64,000 nucleotides of DNA from the human T2T-CHM13v2.0 reference genome, Homo sapiens: assembly GCF_009914755.1 (NCBI RefSeq), contig NC_060931.1. The stretch is one strand, 5' to 3'. The position numbers and the translations under genes were made by a program. The notes beneath the pieces were generated by a model. It was not told where the DNA came from, searched no databases, and worked only from the letters and a program-made list of their open reading frames with translations. Below, in pieces: positions 28,264 through 62,668 of this stretch. Each line of letters begins with the position of its first letter. Within the stretch, counting starts at the first letter, position 1.

Positions 28264-30022
28264 TAGCCAGGATGGTCTCGATCTCCTGACCGCGTGATCC
28301 GCCCACCTCAGCCTCCCAAAGTGCTGGGATTACAGGTGTGAGCCACCGCGCCCGGCCCGCACCCAGCCTTTTACATTTATTTTTATGCTAACTTTATAGA
28401 ATATATTTTCCACTAAACCTACACATGGCCTCCCCGTAAAACAAACTCAGGTATTATGTGAGAGGAGCATGCTGTTTCCCAGATGAGGAGAGGAGGATTT
28501 GTACCTTATTGATCCAATGATGTTTAGTCAGATTTCAGCATGGTTGTGACAGCTACCACACTATTTCACTTACACATAGAAAGGGTATAATGGGTTTGTG
28601 TGCTAAAGATAGGAAGAGAAAATTCCTTCTTTCCCACTTCCCTTCGGACTTCTGTCTCCTAAAAGCTCACTCTAAATTTTGCCAAGATTTTTTTTTTTTT
28701 TTTTAGCTTTTTGTTTGTTTTGTTTTTAGAGACAGGATCTCACTCTGTCACCCAGTCTGGAGTGCAGTGGCACAATCATGGCTCACTGCATCCTCCAACT
28801 CTCAGGCTCAAGTGATCTTCCTGCCTCACCCTCCCGTGTAGCCCCAGCTATGTTTTGCATATGGGACTGCAGGCATGTATTACCAGGCTCAGCTAATTTT
28901 TAAACATTTTTTTGTAAAGATGGGGTCTTGCTCTATCGCCAAGGCTGATCTCAAATTCCTGGGCTTAAGCCATCCTCCTGTGTCGGCCTCCTTAAGTGCC
29001 GGGATGACAGGCATGAGCTACTGTGCCTGGCTGATACATTTTGCCAAGCTCTAAATGAAGTTAGCTTTAAGAAATTTCTTTGAAAAAAATTCTCTGAAAT
29101 CTTAAAAACAACTTTTTGAAATGGAACATGCAAATTAAGTACCTGTCAGCTACCATCATATCCCTCCAATATTTGGCTTAATTCTATTTGTAAGCAAAAG
29201 ATACACAGATCAACATGAGTGTGCATGCGGAAGGAAGACAGAAGATTTTTCTATTGAGTTTCACTCTTGTCACCCAGGCTGGAGTGAAGTGGTGTGATCT
29301 CTGCTCACTGCAACCTCTGCCTCCTGGGTTCAAGCGATTCTCCTGCCTCAGCCTCCCAAGTAGCTGGGATTACAGGCAGGCGCCACCATGCTCGGCTAAT
29401 TTTTGTATTTTTAGTAGAGACGGGGTTTCACTATGTTGCCCAGACTGGTCTCCAACTCCTGGGCTCAAGCGATCTTCCTGCTTCTGCCTCCCACACCAGT
29501 GCTGGGATTACAGGTGTGAGCCACCGCGCCCAGCCGGTATTGTTTTTCATAGCAAAGACTCTGTTCTGGCAACAGAGCTGGAGTCAGAAAAAGCAGCCTC
29601 AATTGCCTCTCCGCTTTTTGGCTAAGATGAAGAGTAGCAAAAGCGGCATCCAGCCATGAGACGCGTAGGTCCTAGAAAGTCTTTTCTTGAGCATTCTAGA
29701 TTCCACTCACCAAGCAAATGCACATCAAAGAATATGTAACGGCAAAGACGTGTTAAGTTCCCATTCACCAGAACACTCCCTTAGATCATGCTCCATCCTG
29801 ATTCTTTTGGAAGCTCAGAGAATTTCCATTCGTAATCTTTATTTTGTCTTTAGCATCCCCGGGAGAGAAAAGGGCGTAGAAGTATTCTCATTTTACAACT
29901 TAGCAAGTTGTCCAAGCAAAGCTAGAACATACACCAGGACAATTTTTGCCTAGTGCTATTTCCACTTCTTCACACCTGCAATTGCCATTGATCTATGATG
30001 TCATCACACTCAATGTGTATTA

Positions 30023-30148
<126 letters not shown>

Positions 30149-30154
30149 CTACTA

Positions 30155-30304
<150 letters not shown>

Positions 30305-31044
30305 CTAAAAACAAAAAAAGGGAGATGCCACAGCAACAGCCCAAGGGGCACCCCTGGTGATGAAGGTCCTATGTCTTTTTTTTTTTTTTTTTTTTTTTGA
30401 GACGGAGTCTCACTCTGTCGCCCAGACTGGAGTGCATGATCTCTGCGCACTGCACCCAGTGGCATGATCTCTGCGCACTGCAAGCTCTGCCTCCCAGGTT
30501 CACGCCATTCTCCTGCCTCAGCCTCCCGAGTAGCTGGGACTATACGCGTGTGCCACCATGCCCAGCTAATTTTTTGTATTTTTAGTAGAGACGGGGTTTC
30601 ACCATGTTAGCCAGGATGGTCTCGATCTCCTGACCTCGTGATCTGCCCACCTCGGCCTCCCAAAGTGCTGGGATTACAGGCGTGAGCCACCGCACCCGGC
30701 CGGTCCTATGTCTTTATCATAACTTTCAGGGCATGCAGCAAGCCTTGCAGGATGGAAGGCACCCTGGGGACGGCGACCCACGGGCCTTCTCTGTGCTTCC
30801 TGCTCTCTGGAAATGGGTGCATCCGGGTCACATCAGAAGTTTACTGTTCTTTGCTTGTCCCGAGGTTCCTTCCTGGGACAGTCCTTAGTTGAAACTATTC
30901 ATGGAGCCTTCCCTGCACCCTTCACTTGGGGACGGCTCCCTCTCTTCTCTCCTCTTCCCAGAAAGAAACTGCCATCAGGAGGTGGCATTAATTAACAATG
31001 AACACCAGAGGAGGCATCGGGCCAGGCAGGTGACGCCAGCTTAG

Positions 31045-31655
<611 letters not shown>

Positions 31656-31984
31656 TAGTAGAGATGGGGTTTCATCATGTTGGCCAGGCTGGTCTCGAAC
31701 TCCCGACCTCAAGTGATCTACCTGCCTTGGCCTCCCGAAGCCCTGTGATTACAGCCATGAGCCACTGAGCCTGGTCAGCTTTTTTATTTCTAAGAGTCAG
31801 AGTCTCACAATGTCACCCAGGCTGGAGTGCAGTGGCTTGATCATGGCTCCCTGCAGCCTCCAACTCCTGGACTCAAGCCATCCTTCCCCCTCATCCACAC
31901 TGGGATTACAGCTGCAAGCCACTACACCTGGCTCAATCAACTACTTCCTATGAATGTTTCACTTCTGACCTTTTATGAATCCCC

Positions 31985-33504
<1,520 letters not shown>

Positions 33505-34166
33505 TGACAGGCGTGAGCCACCGCGCCCAGCTAAAGAGATTTTTAAAAATCAAATAAAATCAAAGAGAGGTTGGATGGAAAAAAAGAAAATTAACATGTA
33601 CTGAACTACACTCTATGCGCCGATGCTTTTACGATCACCCAATTTAAAACCTACACACCCTCCAAGGGAAATATTATTTTCCGTGAAAGGACACAGAGAG
33701 CATGGGAGCCTGCTGGTGGGTGTGCAGATGGTTTAAGGAATGGCAGAGGCTGCAACCGCAGTGGAGGAGCAGAAAGGCAAACAGAAGAAAGGCCCCATGA
33801 GGGGAAAATAAGATGGGTGACCCACATGTCCCAGGTGGGACAGTCCTAGTCCACACCCACCCTGCCAGTGAAATTATTAACAATGCTCCCTTCATTCTCA
33901 AGTGCCTGGAAGATGAATTATAAGATATTTATGTATGGGTTGTTGTGTGTGAAATGCACACACAAAATTACTAGAATCATGGCACCCCACGTCCTTAAAA
34001 CAACCTCCAAACTCAGAGAGGTCTCTCCCTGACGCCGACCAAAAGGCAATCAAAACACCGATCTCTTAACTCAATGCTTAAGTCTGCATACTTTATTTAG
34101 CATGAAGAAAAATGGTCAAAACAATCATGCAATCCATTTCCTGTGAAATAAAAAAAAAAGTTTTAA

Positions 34167-34355
<189 letters not shown>

Positions 34356-34669
34356 TAGTAGAGACAGGGTTTCACCGTGTTAGCCAGGATGGTCTTAATA
34401 TCCTGACCTTGTGATCCACCCGCCTTGGTCACCCAAAGTGCTGGGATTACAGGCGTGAGCCACCACTCCTGGCATGCCCAGCGAATTTTTGTACTTTTAG
34501 TAGAGACGAGGTTTCCCCATATTGGTCAGGCTGGTCTTGAACCCCTGACCTCAGGTGATCCACCTGCCTCAGCCTCCCAAAGTGCTGGGTTTACAGGCAT
34601 GATCTACCACGCCTGGCCGAAAATTCTTTTACCTGATGTAAACTAGACTAGATGAGGATTATGTTTTTT

Positions 34670-34708
<39 letters not shown>

Positions 34709-34923
34709 TTTTGAGACGGAGTCTCGCTCTGTTGCCCAGGCTGGAGTGCAATGGCGTGATCTCAGCTCACTACAATCTCCACCTCCCTGGTCAAGCGACT
34801 ATCCTGCCTCAGCCTCCTGAGTAGTTGGGACTACAGGCGCCCGCCACCACGCCCAACTAATTTTTGTATTTTTAGTAGAGATGGGATTTTGCCATGTTGG
34901 CCAGGCTGGTCTCGATCTCTTGA

Positions 34924-35328
<405 letters not shown>

Positions 35329-36654
35329 TAGGTAAAATTAAGGTATAAAACAGTTCTGTCATCCCCAGAATATTATACCACAATAATCCCTAAACAAGCT
35401 CTGATGTCAAAAGTCTGCTTTTTTACAAAAAAGAAAATAAAAATAAAAACACAAACAAAAATAGAAATAAAAAAATTGAAAAAACCGAAGAATAAAATAA
35501 TAGGCAGGATGATACCACGTGGAATTCAAAAAAAGATACTATCAGTTGGCGTCAACTATGCTACCAGTAATCATTTAAAAAACAAGTGTTTCATAATAAT
35601 TATTATCATTTTTTTGAGGCAGGGTCTCACTCCGTCACCCAGGCTGGAATGCAGTGGTGCAATCACAGCTCACTGCAGCCTCTGCCTCCCTGGGCTCGGA
35701 TGATCTTCCCACCTCAGCCTCCTGAGTAGCTGGAATACCAGGCATGCGCCACCATGTTCAGCTAATTTTTGTATTTTTTGTAGAGAGGGGGTTTCGCCAT
35801 GTTGCCCAGGCTGGTCTCGAACTCCTGGGCTTAAGTGATCTGCCTGCCTCATCCTCCCAAAGTGCTGGGATTACAGGTGTGAGCCACCGCGCTGGGCTGA
35901 GTGTCTCATAATTATTGTGCTTTCTTTGCATTTTGTACATAACAACAAATGGAGGCAGGAATGTTGTCTTTTATATTTTATGATTTGGAACACAGCATGC
36001 ATTAATAGAAAATTGAAAATAATGAAACATGACTATAAGCCAACACTGTGTTTCCTGTCCCAAGTACATTTTCCTGAGAAAATTTCACTGCACTCTAATA
36101 AAGCTCAAAAATCCTTCACCATAAGAACTTGTACCACAGAATAAAATCTCCCAAAGCCGATATAGTTATTAACCCTTTTTTTACTCACATCTGAAGTGCC
36201 AGCACCATTTACTGAGATCACAGATTTTTACATAGTACTTAACTTTTTACTCTTTTATTTTGAGATGGAGTCTTGCTCTGTGGCTCAGGCTGGAGCGCAG
36301 TGGTGCAATCTCAGCTCACTGCAAACTCTGCCTCCCGAGTAGTTGAAATTACAGGTGCGTGCCACCACATCTGGCTAATTTTTGTATTTTTAGTAGAGAC
36401 TGGGTTTCACCATGTTGGCCAGGCTGGTCTCGAACTCCTGACCTAAGGTGATCCGCCCCGCTCAGCCTCCCAAAGTGCTGGGATTACAGGCATGAGCCAC
36501 CGTGCCTGGCCCTTTTTGCTCTTTTAAAACTGTAGATGTAAACTCCAAAAACTTCCAAATCTCATTTTGTCTTCCCAGCAATGCTGGAGGCGTTTCTGTC
36601 CTTCTAGTGTAATATTTTACTAACGAAAAGCAAATACCTAGAACAATCTCCAGC

Positions 36655-36850
36655 CTACAGGTCAAATCCAGACCGCAGCCTAGTTTTGTAAATTAAGCTT
36701 TGTCAGAACACAGTCACATTCACTTGTTGACATCTTGTCTACAGCTGCTTTCCTGCAAAGGAAGGTTTGCATGCATGTGACAAAGACCCCATGTTCCCAA
36801 AGCCAAAAATATTTACTATCCTTACAAACAAAGTTTGCCCATCACTGATC
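36655..36850 (+). mobile_element. MER58-like hAT-Charlie MITE
   Basis: caaatccag, ttttgtaaat.aag.ttt….gaacacag.cac, aaagccaaaaatatttactatc, aaagtttgcc. Confidence 0.65.
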
Positions 36851-37303
36851 TAGAATCTGTATCTATCCCTTACAACCTTTCATCATTTGGAATGTCATCC
36901 ACTTCCTTTATGAAAACTCTGAAATCTTGAAATAGAGGACTGGTTTATTTTTAAAAACTGTTTCTAGATTTTCCCTTCCAAAGATTAATTTTTCAGGTTT
37001 TAAAGGGCTTAGTTTTTTTGTTTTGGTTTGGTTTTGAGACAGAGTCTGCTCTGTCCTCCAGATTGAAGTGCAGTGGTATCATCACAGCTTACCATGCGCC
37101 TGGCTAATTTTGACTTTTTTTTTTTTTTTTTTTTTTTGTAGAGACAAAGTTTCACTATGTTGCCCAGGCTGATCTTGAACTCCTAGGCTCAAGCGATTCT
37201 CCTGCCTCAGTCTCTCAAAATACTGGAATTATAGGAATGAGACACTGTGCCCAGACCTGGGACTTGTTTTCTGTTTTGTTTTGCTTTTTTTCTTTTGAGA
37301 TAG

Positions 37304-38007
<704 letters not shown>

Positions 38008-38010
38008 TCA

Positions 38011-38148
<138 letters not shown>

Positions 38149-38394
38149 CTAGGTGACAGAGCAAGACTCTGTATCCTTCCCCCCAAAAAAAAACGTATAC
38201 TGATGGCAAGGAGTGGAGGGGAATCACAAGCAATACAGTAAAAGGAGCCAGACACCCATGAAATGGCCTCAGGGCATGTAGGAACGCAGATGAATCCACT
38301 GGGAGGACAAGAGAAATGAAGGGCCAGGATTCTCCCCCTTATCTTCAGCAGACTCATTCCAAGACCCTCAGCGGATGCCTGGAACTGCAGATAG

Positions 38395-38637
<243 letters not shown>

Positions 38638-39159
38638 TAGTGGGACCAGCCTGGCAACATAATGGGACTTCACCTCTACAAAAAAATTAAAAATTAGCCA
38701 GGTGTGGGGGTGTATGCCTGTGGTCCCAGCTACTCAGGAGGCTGAGATGGGAGGATTGCTTGAGCCCAGGAGGTCAAGGCTGCAGTGAGCTGTGATCCCA
38801 CCATTTCAACAGGGCGAGGCCCTGGGTAGGACTCTGTCTCAAGAGAAAAACAAAGAAGGCCTGCCGGGCGTGGTGACTCATGCCTGTAATCACAGCACTT
38901 TGGGAGGCTGAGGTGGGTGAATCAACTGACGTCAAGATTTCGAGACCAGCCTGGCCAACATGGTGAAACCCCGTCTCTACTAAAAACGTAAAAATTAGCC
39001 GGGCGTGGTGGTACACGCCTGTCATCCCAGCTACTCTGCAGGCTGAGGCAGAAGCATGGCTTGAATCCGGGAGATGGAGCTTACAGTGAGCCGAGATCGC
39101 AACACTGCACTCCAGCCTGGGCGACAGGGCGAGACTGTCTTAAAAAAAAAATAAAGGCA

Positions 39160-39270
39160 AAGGTGACAGGTATGGAATTTTCAACTTGCATCAGGTCAGC
39201 GGCATTCAATAAGTTTTGGATTTTGGAACGGTTCAAATTTTGGATTTTTGGATTAGAGATGTTCAACCTG
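39160..39270 (-). mobile_element. Tigger4/MER46 (Zombi)-like fragment inserted at a TA inside Tigger7
   Basis: Minus strand TA|CAGGTTGAACATCTCTAATCCAAAAATCCAAAAT…GAAAATTCCATACCTG, the recalled Tigger4 terminus; other end not found. Confidence 0.7.
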
Positions 39271-39419
39271 TACATACATACCTACGATGAATTTTAATTT
39301 ATAAATTAGGCACAGTAAGAAATTAACAACAACAATAATAAAATAGAATATCAAGTACTGTAATGTTATGTGAATGTGATCTCTCTCTCTCTCAGTATAA
39401 CTTGTTGTAACGTACTTAC

Positions 39420-39900
39420 CCTTCTTCTTCTTCTTGTAATGATGTGAGAATCTATGCCTGAATCTGTGTAACCATCCCTTACTCGCAGTAAATGGCTTGG
39501 TGTCAGTTTCAGAGCATCCCTTGCAGAAGTCTTGGTATAGGCTCAAAGCTTTCTGGCGCAACATGTTGCTGTCAATGGGAACACGTTTTCTGTTCATCTC
39601 TTCCACCCACAAATGCAGTGCCTGTTCCATCTTAACTAAGCACTTATCACGCACTGTGGCCGTCACTTTAGCAGTTGGAGGTGAGACAGCAAAACTAGCA
39701 CGAATTTCTTTTTCCTTCTTCACAATTTCACGGATGGAAGATTCATTCTTCCCGTAGATCTTAGCAACCTCAGCATAGGATTTTTTGTCTTTCCTGATTA
39801 AGTCGAGAACTTTCACCTTTTCACTTAGAGGAAGCACTTTACGGCTTCTCTTTGGCCTATCCAAATTCCCAGCATCACTACTCTTGTGCTTTGGGGCCAT
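39420..39900 (-). CDS. Tigger7/MER44 transposase N-terminal DNA-binding region (two CENP-B-type HTH domains), candidate alternative first coding exon fused to GTF2IRD2
   Basis: Uninterrupted MAPKHKSSDAGN...LSEKVKVLDLIR...YAEVAKIYGKNESSIREI...MEQALHLW...FTASKGWLHRFRHR...KKKKKG; FxASxGWLxRF is the pogo/CENP-B HTH signature; Kozak ataATGG; ends at AAG G|GTAAGT in phase 1, in frame with exon 2. Confidence 0.75.
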
Positions 39901-40564
39901 TATGACGGAAAATAAGGGTGACTTGAACACATACACTGGGACACTGTGACGGTCGATCTGATAACCGAGCCAGCTACTAAGTGACTATGGGTGTGGAGCG
40001 TCCACAGCGTGGGGACGCTGAACAAAGGGGACGATTCACTGCCCAGGCTGCACAGCGCGAGATTTCATCACAGCGTGCAATTTAAAACTTACGAATTGTT
40101 TATTTCCGGAATTTTCCATGTAGTATTTTCAGACCACGGTTGACCTCAGGTAACTGAAACAGCGGGTAAGGGGGGACAACTGTACTTCCAGGTTCTGCAG
40201 CCTGAGAATGAGAGAAGGGACTGTGCAGGCTGAAGGCGTGGGGGAAGAGCCAGGGCCCTGGGGAGCAGACGTCAGGGACTAAACTGGAAGGCAAGCAGGA
40301 AGAACCGTGACCCACTCCAAACCGCCACTGAAGATTGATCCCAACTGCAAGCCGGTGCCAAGCCCCGCGTCCACGGAAGTCACACAGCCTATGACGCCTT
40401 CCTCTCCAAATGGAAGCAAAGAGGAGAAGAGGCTGCTGGAGTCTTCAATTGCAGCCGTGAGCAATCTCCAACTGGCCAGTTTCCAAGCTTATATCTAGAC
40501 ATCTGCTTACTTCAAATTACCAGCACGAAACTAAAACATGATTTTTTTTTCCTTAAAACACAAA

Positions 40565-41045
40565 GCTTGGCCCATCAATTCCAGTCCTTGGTATACACCT
40601 ATGAGAATTGAAAACAAATGTCCGCACAAAAACGTGTACACCAATGTTCATAGCAGTATTATTCATAACAGCCAAAAGGTGGAAATTACCCAAATAGCCA
40701 TCAATGGATGGAAAATCAAAATGCTGTGTATTCATATCATGGATTTTTATTCAGCCATAAAGAAGGAAAGAAGCCAGACACACAAAAAACTTCTTGGGAT
40801 GATTCTATCCACACAAAATGTCCAGAATAGGCAAATCCACGGAGACAAAAGTGATTGCCAGGGGCTGGGGATAGGGACGGGGTGGGGACCGGGGAATGAC
40901 GGCCTAATGGGGTTGGAGTTTCTTCTCCTCGGGTGCTGAAAGCGTTCTGCAATTAGTGGCAAAGGTTGCACAGCTCTGTGCACTGAATTATTCACTCTTA
41001 AAACGTGAATTTTACAATGGATCTCAACGAAGCTGTTATTAAGAA
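40565..41045 (+). mobile_element. L1MB-like 3' end
   Basis: caattcca.tcct.ggtat, aatgttcatagcag.attattcataa.agccaaaa, ttcagccataaa, ggcaaatcca, ggttgcaca.ctctgtg. Confidence 0.75.
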
Positions 41046-41239
41046 ACAAGAAAGCTTGGGCTTGAGGGATGGAGAATACAGCCTTGCGAGCCTTTTTCCC
41101 CCTAGAACTCGAAACCAGAATTGCAACGGGAAATTCCCGGGCCTCGGCCTTTTTCCTTGGGAGTCTGGATTGGTTTTCCGCCAACAAACAGATCCCCGGA
41201 GGCCGTCGCGAGGACCATACCCACGGACAAAACCCACAA

Positions 41240-42402
<1,163 letters not shown>

Positions 42403-42429
42403 TGAGCCACCGCGGCCGGCCAGGTTACA

Positions 42430-43905
<1,476 letters not shown>

Positions 43906-43909
43906 TTTA

Positions 43910-54800
<10,891 letters not shown>

Positions 54801-55231
54801 AATTATTTTTATTTTTTGGTCATCTCTTAGAATATGTATATTAACATGTTTATTTATTATTATTTTTTAAAATTTTTTATTTATTTTACTTTATTTTTTG
54901 AGATGGGAGTCTTGCTATGTTGCCCAAGCTGGTCTTGAACTCCTAGGCTCAAGCAATCCTCCTGCCTGGGCTTCCCAAGTAGCTACTGGCACACACCATC
55001 ACACTCGGCTGATTTTTAAAAAAATTTTTTAGGGACAGAGTTTCACTATTGCCCAGGTTGGTTTCAAACTCCTGGCCTCAAGCAATCCTCCGGCCTTGAC
55101 CTCCCAAAGTGTTGGGATTACAGATGTGAGCCATGACACCTGGCCAAAATAATGTTTTTTATATGGCAAGATGTATATGTGAGACTGTGGTTAAAGGAGC
55201 CTTTAGCCATACCCATATATAATATTTTTAA

Positions 55232-55465
<234 letters not shown>

Positions 55466-55711
55466 TAGGGTGATCTGCCCGCCTCAGCCTCCCAGAGTGT
55501 TGGGATTACAGACATAAGCCACTGCTCCCGGCCGATTTATTATTATTTTTTAACAAGGAACTGCATGATACATTAATTGTATAATTAAAGTTAATAATAA
55601 TACAAATAAAAACATGTAAGTTTAGTCTGGGCACCGTGGCTCATGCCTGTTATCCCAGCACTTTGGGAGGCCAAGGCGGGTAGATCACTTGAGGTCAAGA
55701 GTTCAAGACTA

Positions 55712-55969
<258 letters not shown>

Positions 55970-57310
55970 TCAGCTACATCAAACGTCAAAATAATTAGAA
56001 TGTGTACAGGAAAATGTCATCATAGGTGGCAAAGAAATTAGCTTGGCTAACGTTAGCAGACATTTGGATACTCTGAGATAGCTGATAGTTTGACAGTAGT
56101 ACCATCTTTTCCAAGCAAAAATTTGGACAGAAATGTAAGTATTTTCTAGCATAGAACCAGTCTACAAAACCAGCCAAGTTTTTTTCATGTTTGTTTGTTT
56201 GTTTGTTTGTTTTTGAGCCAGAGTCTCTCTCTGTCGCCCAGGCTGGAGAGCAGTGGCGCAATCTCGGCTCACTGCAACCTCTGTCTCCTGGGTTCAAGCA
56301 TTTCTCATGCCTCAGCCTCCTGTGTACCTAGGATTAAAGGCACCTGCCACCACGACCGGCTAATTTTTTTTTGTATTTTTAGTAGAGATAGCATTTCACC
56401 GTGTTGGCCAGGCTTGTCTTGAACTCCTGACCTCAGGTGATCTACCTGCCTCGACCTCCCAAAGTGCTGGGATTACAGGCGTGAGCCACCACGCCCAGCC
56501 AGAAAAGTAAGTATTTTCTAGCACAGAAGCAGTCTACAAAACCAACCAAGTTTTGATAGCAAAATAGAAAAGCCCAGTTGTGGCTACAAATCCAGCTCTT
56601 TATTGGCCAAATAGACGTTTAGGATGTTTTAGCCTTTCATAGGAGACAGAATTGGTGGGTAAGTATTGCCACCCCGTGGCTACGATTCACATTGCAGTTT
56701 GTCCTTTTGTCTTCAAAATACTAAACCAAGGCTTGTGTCCTTTGGATATCCCCTAATAGTAAAATGTTTTAGAAATTTGAGAAACTCACATAGGGTTATT
56801 AAAATATTGACAAGTAAAAAAAATTTTAAAACCTACTATCCTATTGTCATTATGAGTTTGTAAAAGACCAGACGTTGAGCCAGGTGGGATGGCTCACGCC
56901 TGTAATTCCAGCACTTACAGAGGCCAAGGCAGGTGGATCACCTGAGGTCAGGAGGTGGATCACCTGAGGTCAGGAGTTCGAGACCAGCCGGGCCAATATA
57001 GTGAAACCCCGTCTCTACTAAAAATACAAAAATTAGCCAGGCATTGTGGTGGGTGCCTGTAATCCTAGCTATTTGGGAGGCTGAGGTAGGAGAATCACTT
57101 AGAACCCAGGAGGCAGAGGTTGTAGTGAGCCGAGACTGTGCCACTGCACTCCAGCCTTGATGAAAAAGCCAGACTTTGAAAAAACAAAAAAATCAGATGT
57201 TGAAAACCAAAAAACTAGAAAGGACATAAACTCAGATAAAAGGACAGTCCTGCTTATGAAAGGTCAGTTCAAAATTTTTCTTTTCTTTCTTTCTTTTTTT
57301 TTTTTTTTGA

Positions 57311-57607
<297 letters not shown>

Positions 57608-57704
57608 TAAATATATAAATATTCCCTATATTAACTATTAATATTAACTATATTTATAATATTTACATAATTGTCCTTTATCAATATATGTCTCAGATTT
57701 ATCA

Positions 57705-57896
<192 letters not shown>

Positions 57897-58419
57897 TTAG
57901 CCGGGCGTGGTGGTGGGCGCCTGTAATTCCAGCTACTCAGGAGGCTGAGGCAGGAGAATCGCTTGAGCCAGGAGGTGGAGGATGCAGTGAGCTGAGGTCA
58001 CGCCACTGTACTCCAGCCTGGGCAACAAAAGTGAAACTCCGTCTCAAAAAAATAAAAAATAAGGGAATAAAGACGGAGATAAGGAATAAAGGAATAGAAA
58101 CGGAGATAAGTTTTTTTTGTTTTTTTGTTTTGAGATGGAGTCTCGTTCTGTCGCCCAGGCTGGAGTGCAGGGGCACGATCTCGGCTCACTGCAACCTCCG
58201 CCTCCCGGTTTCACGTGATTTTCCTGCCTCAGCCTCCTGAGTAGCTGGGATTACAGGCACACACCACCACACCCAGCTAATTTTTTGCGTATTTCTAGTA
58301 GAGACAGGGTTTCACTATGTTGGCCAGACTGGTCTCAAACTTCTGACCTCGTGATCCGCCCACCTCAGCCTTCCAAAGTGCTGGGATTACAGGCATGAGC
58401 CACCGCGCCCGGCTGGAGA

Positions 58420-60045
<1,626 letters not shown>

Positions 60046-60309
60046 AGGCTGGGGGCGGTGGCTTATGCCTGTAATCCCAGCACTTTGGGAGGCCGAGGTG
60101 GGTGGATCACTGGAGGTCAGGAGTTCAAAACCAACCTGGCCAACATCGTGAAACCCTGTCTCTACTAAAAATACAAAAATTAGCTGGGCGTGGTGGCGTA
60201 CGCCTGTGGTCCCAGCTACTCGGGAGGCTGAGACATGAGAGTCACTTGAACCCAGGCCAGAAAACAAATTTCGGTTTGTTTGTTGGTTTGTTTGTTTGTT
60301 TGTTTTTGA

Positions 60310-60414
<105 letters not shown>

Positions 60415-60425
60415 TGAGTAGCTGA

Positions 60426-61006
<581 letters not shown>

Positions 61007-61337
61007 TGATCCACCCACCTTGGTCTCCCAAAGCACTCAGATTATGGGCCTGAGCCACCGTGCCCGGCCAATCTCTTTTATCTTGTTTCCAAACCAAATC
61101 ATACCTGAAGACAACTTCATTCTCTTGGACAAAAGAGCACCGACCTCCAGCTGATCCTAACTCACACCTCCCACCTTCTCCATGGCTCCTGCTTAGACAC
61201 CAGGACACTCAAAGCTGTGGATGCCTCGGGCCTTCCCCCATCTGCCTTTCCTGAGACTTTCAGAACCCCCAGGTCAAATTGACACCCTTACCCCCACCCC
61301 AACATAGCCCACTGGCATCAGACATGCTTTGCTGTAG

Positions 61338-61975
<638 letters not shown>

Positions 61976-62097
61976 TCATCTCAAAAAAAAAAAAAAAAAT
62001 TAAAGCCTTAGTTTACAGGCATATATTATCATTGCAAAGGATGACTGCAAAAGAGAGTTCTCACTGTGACCAGTCATGGGATCTTTAAAAGTTGTCA

Positions 62098-62668
<571 letters not shown>

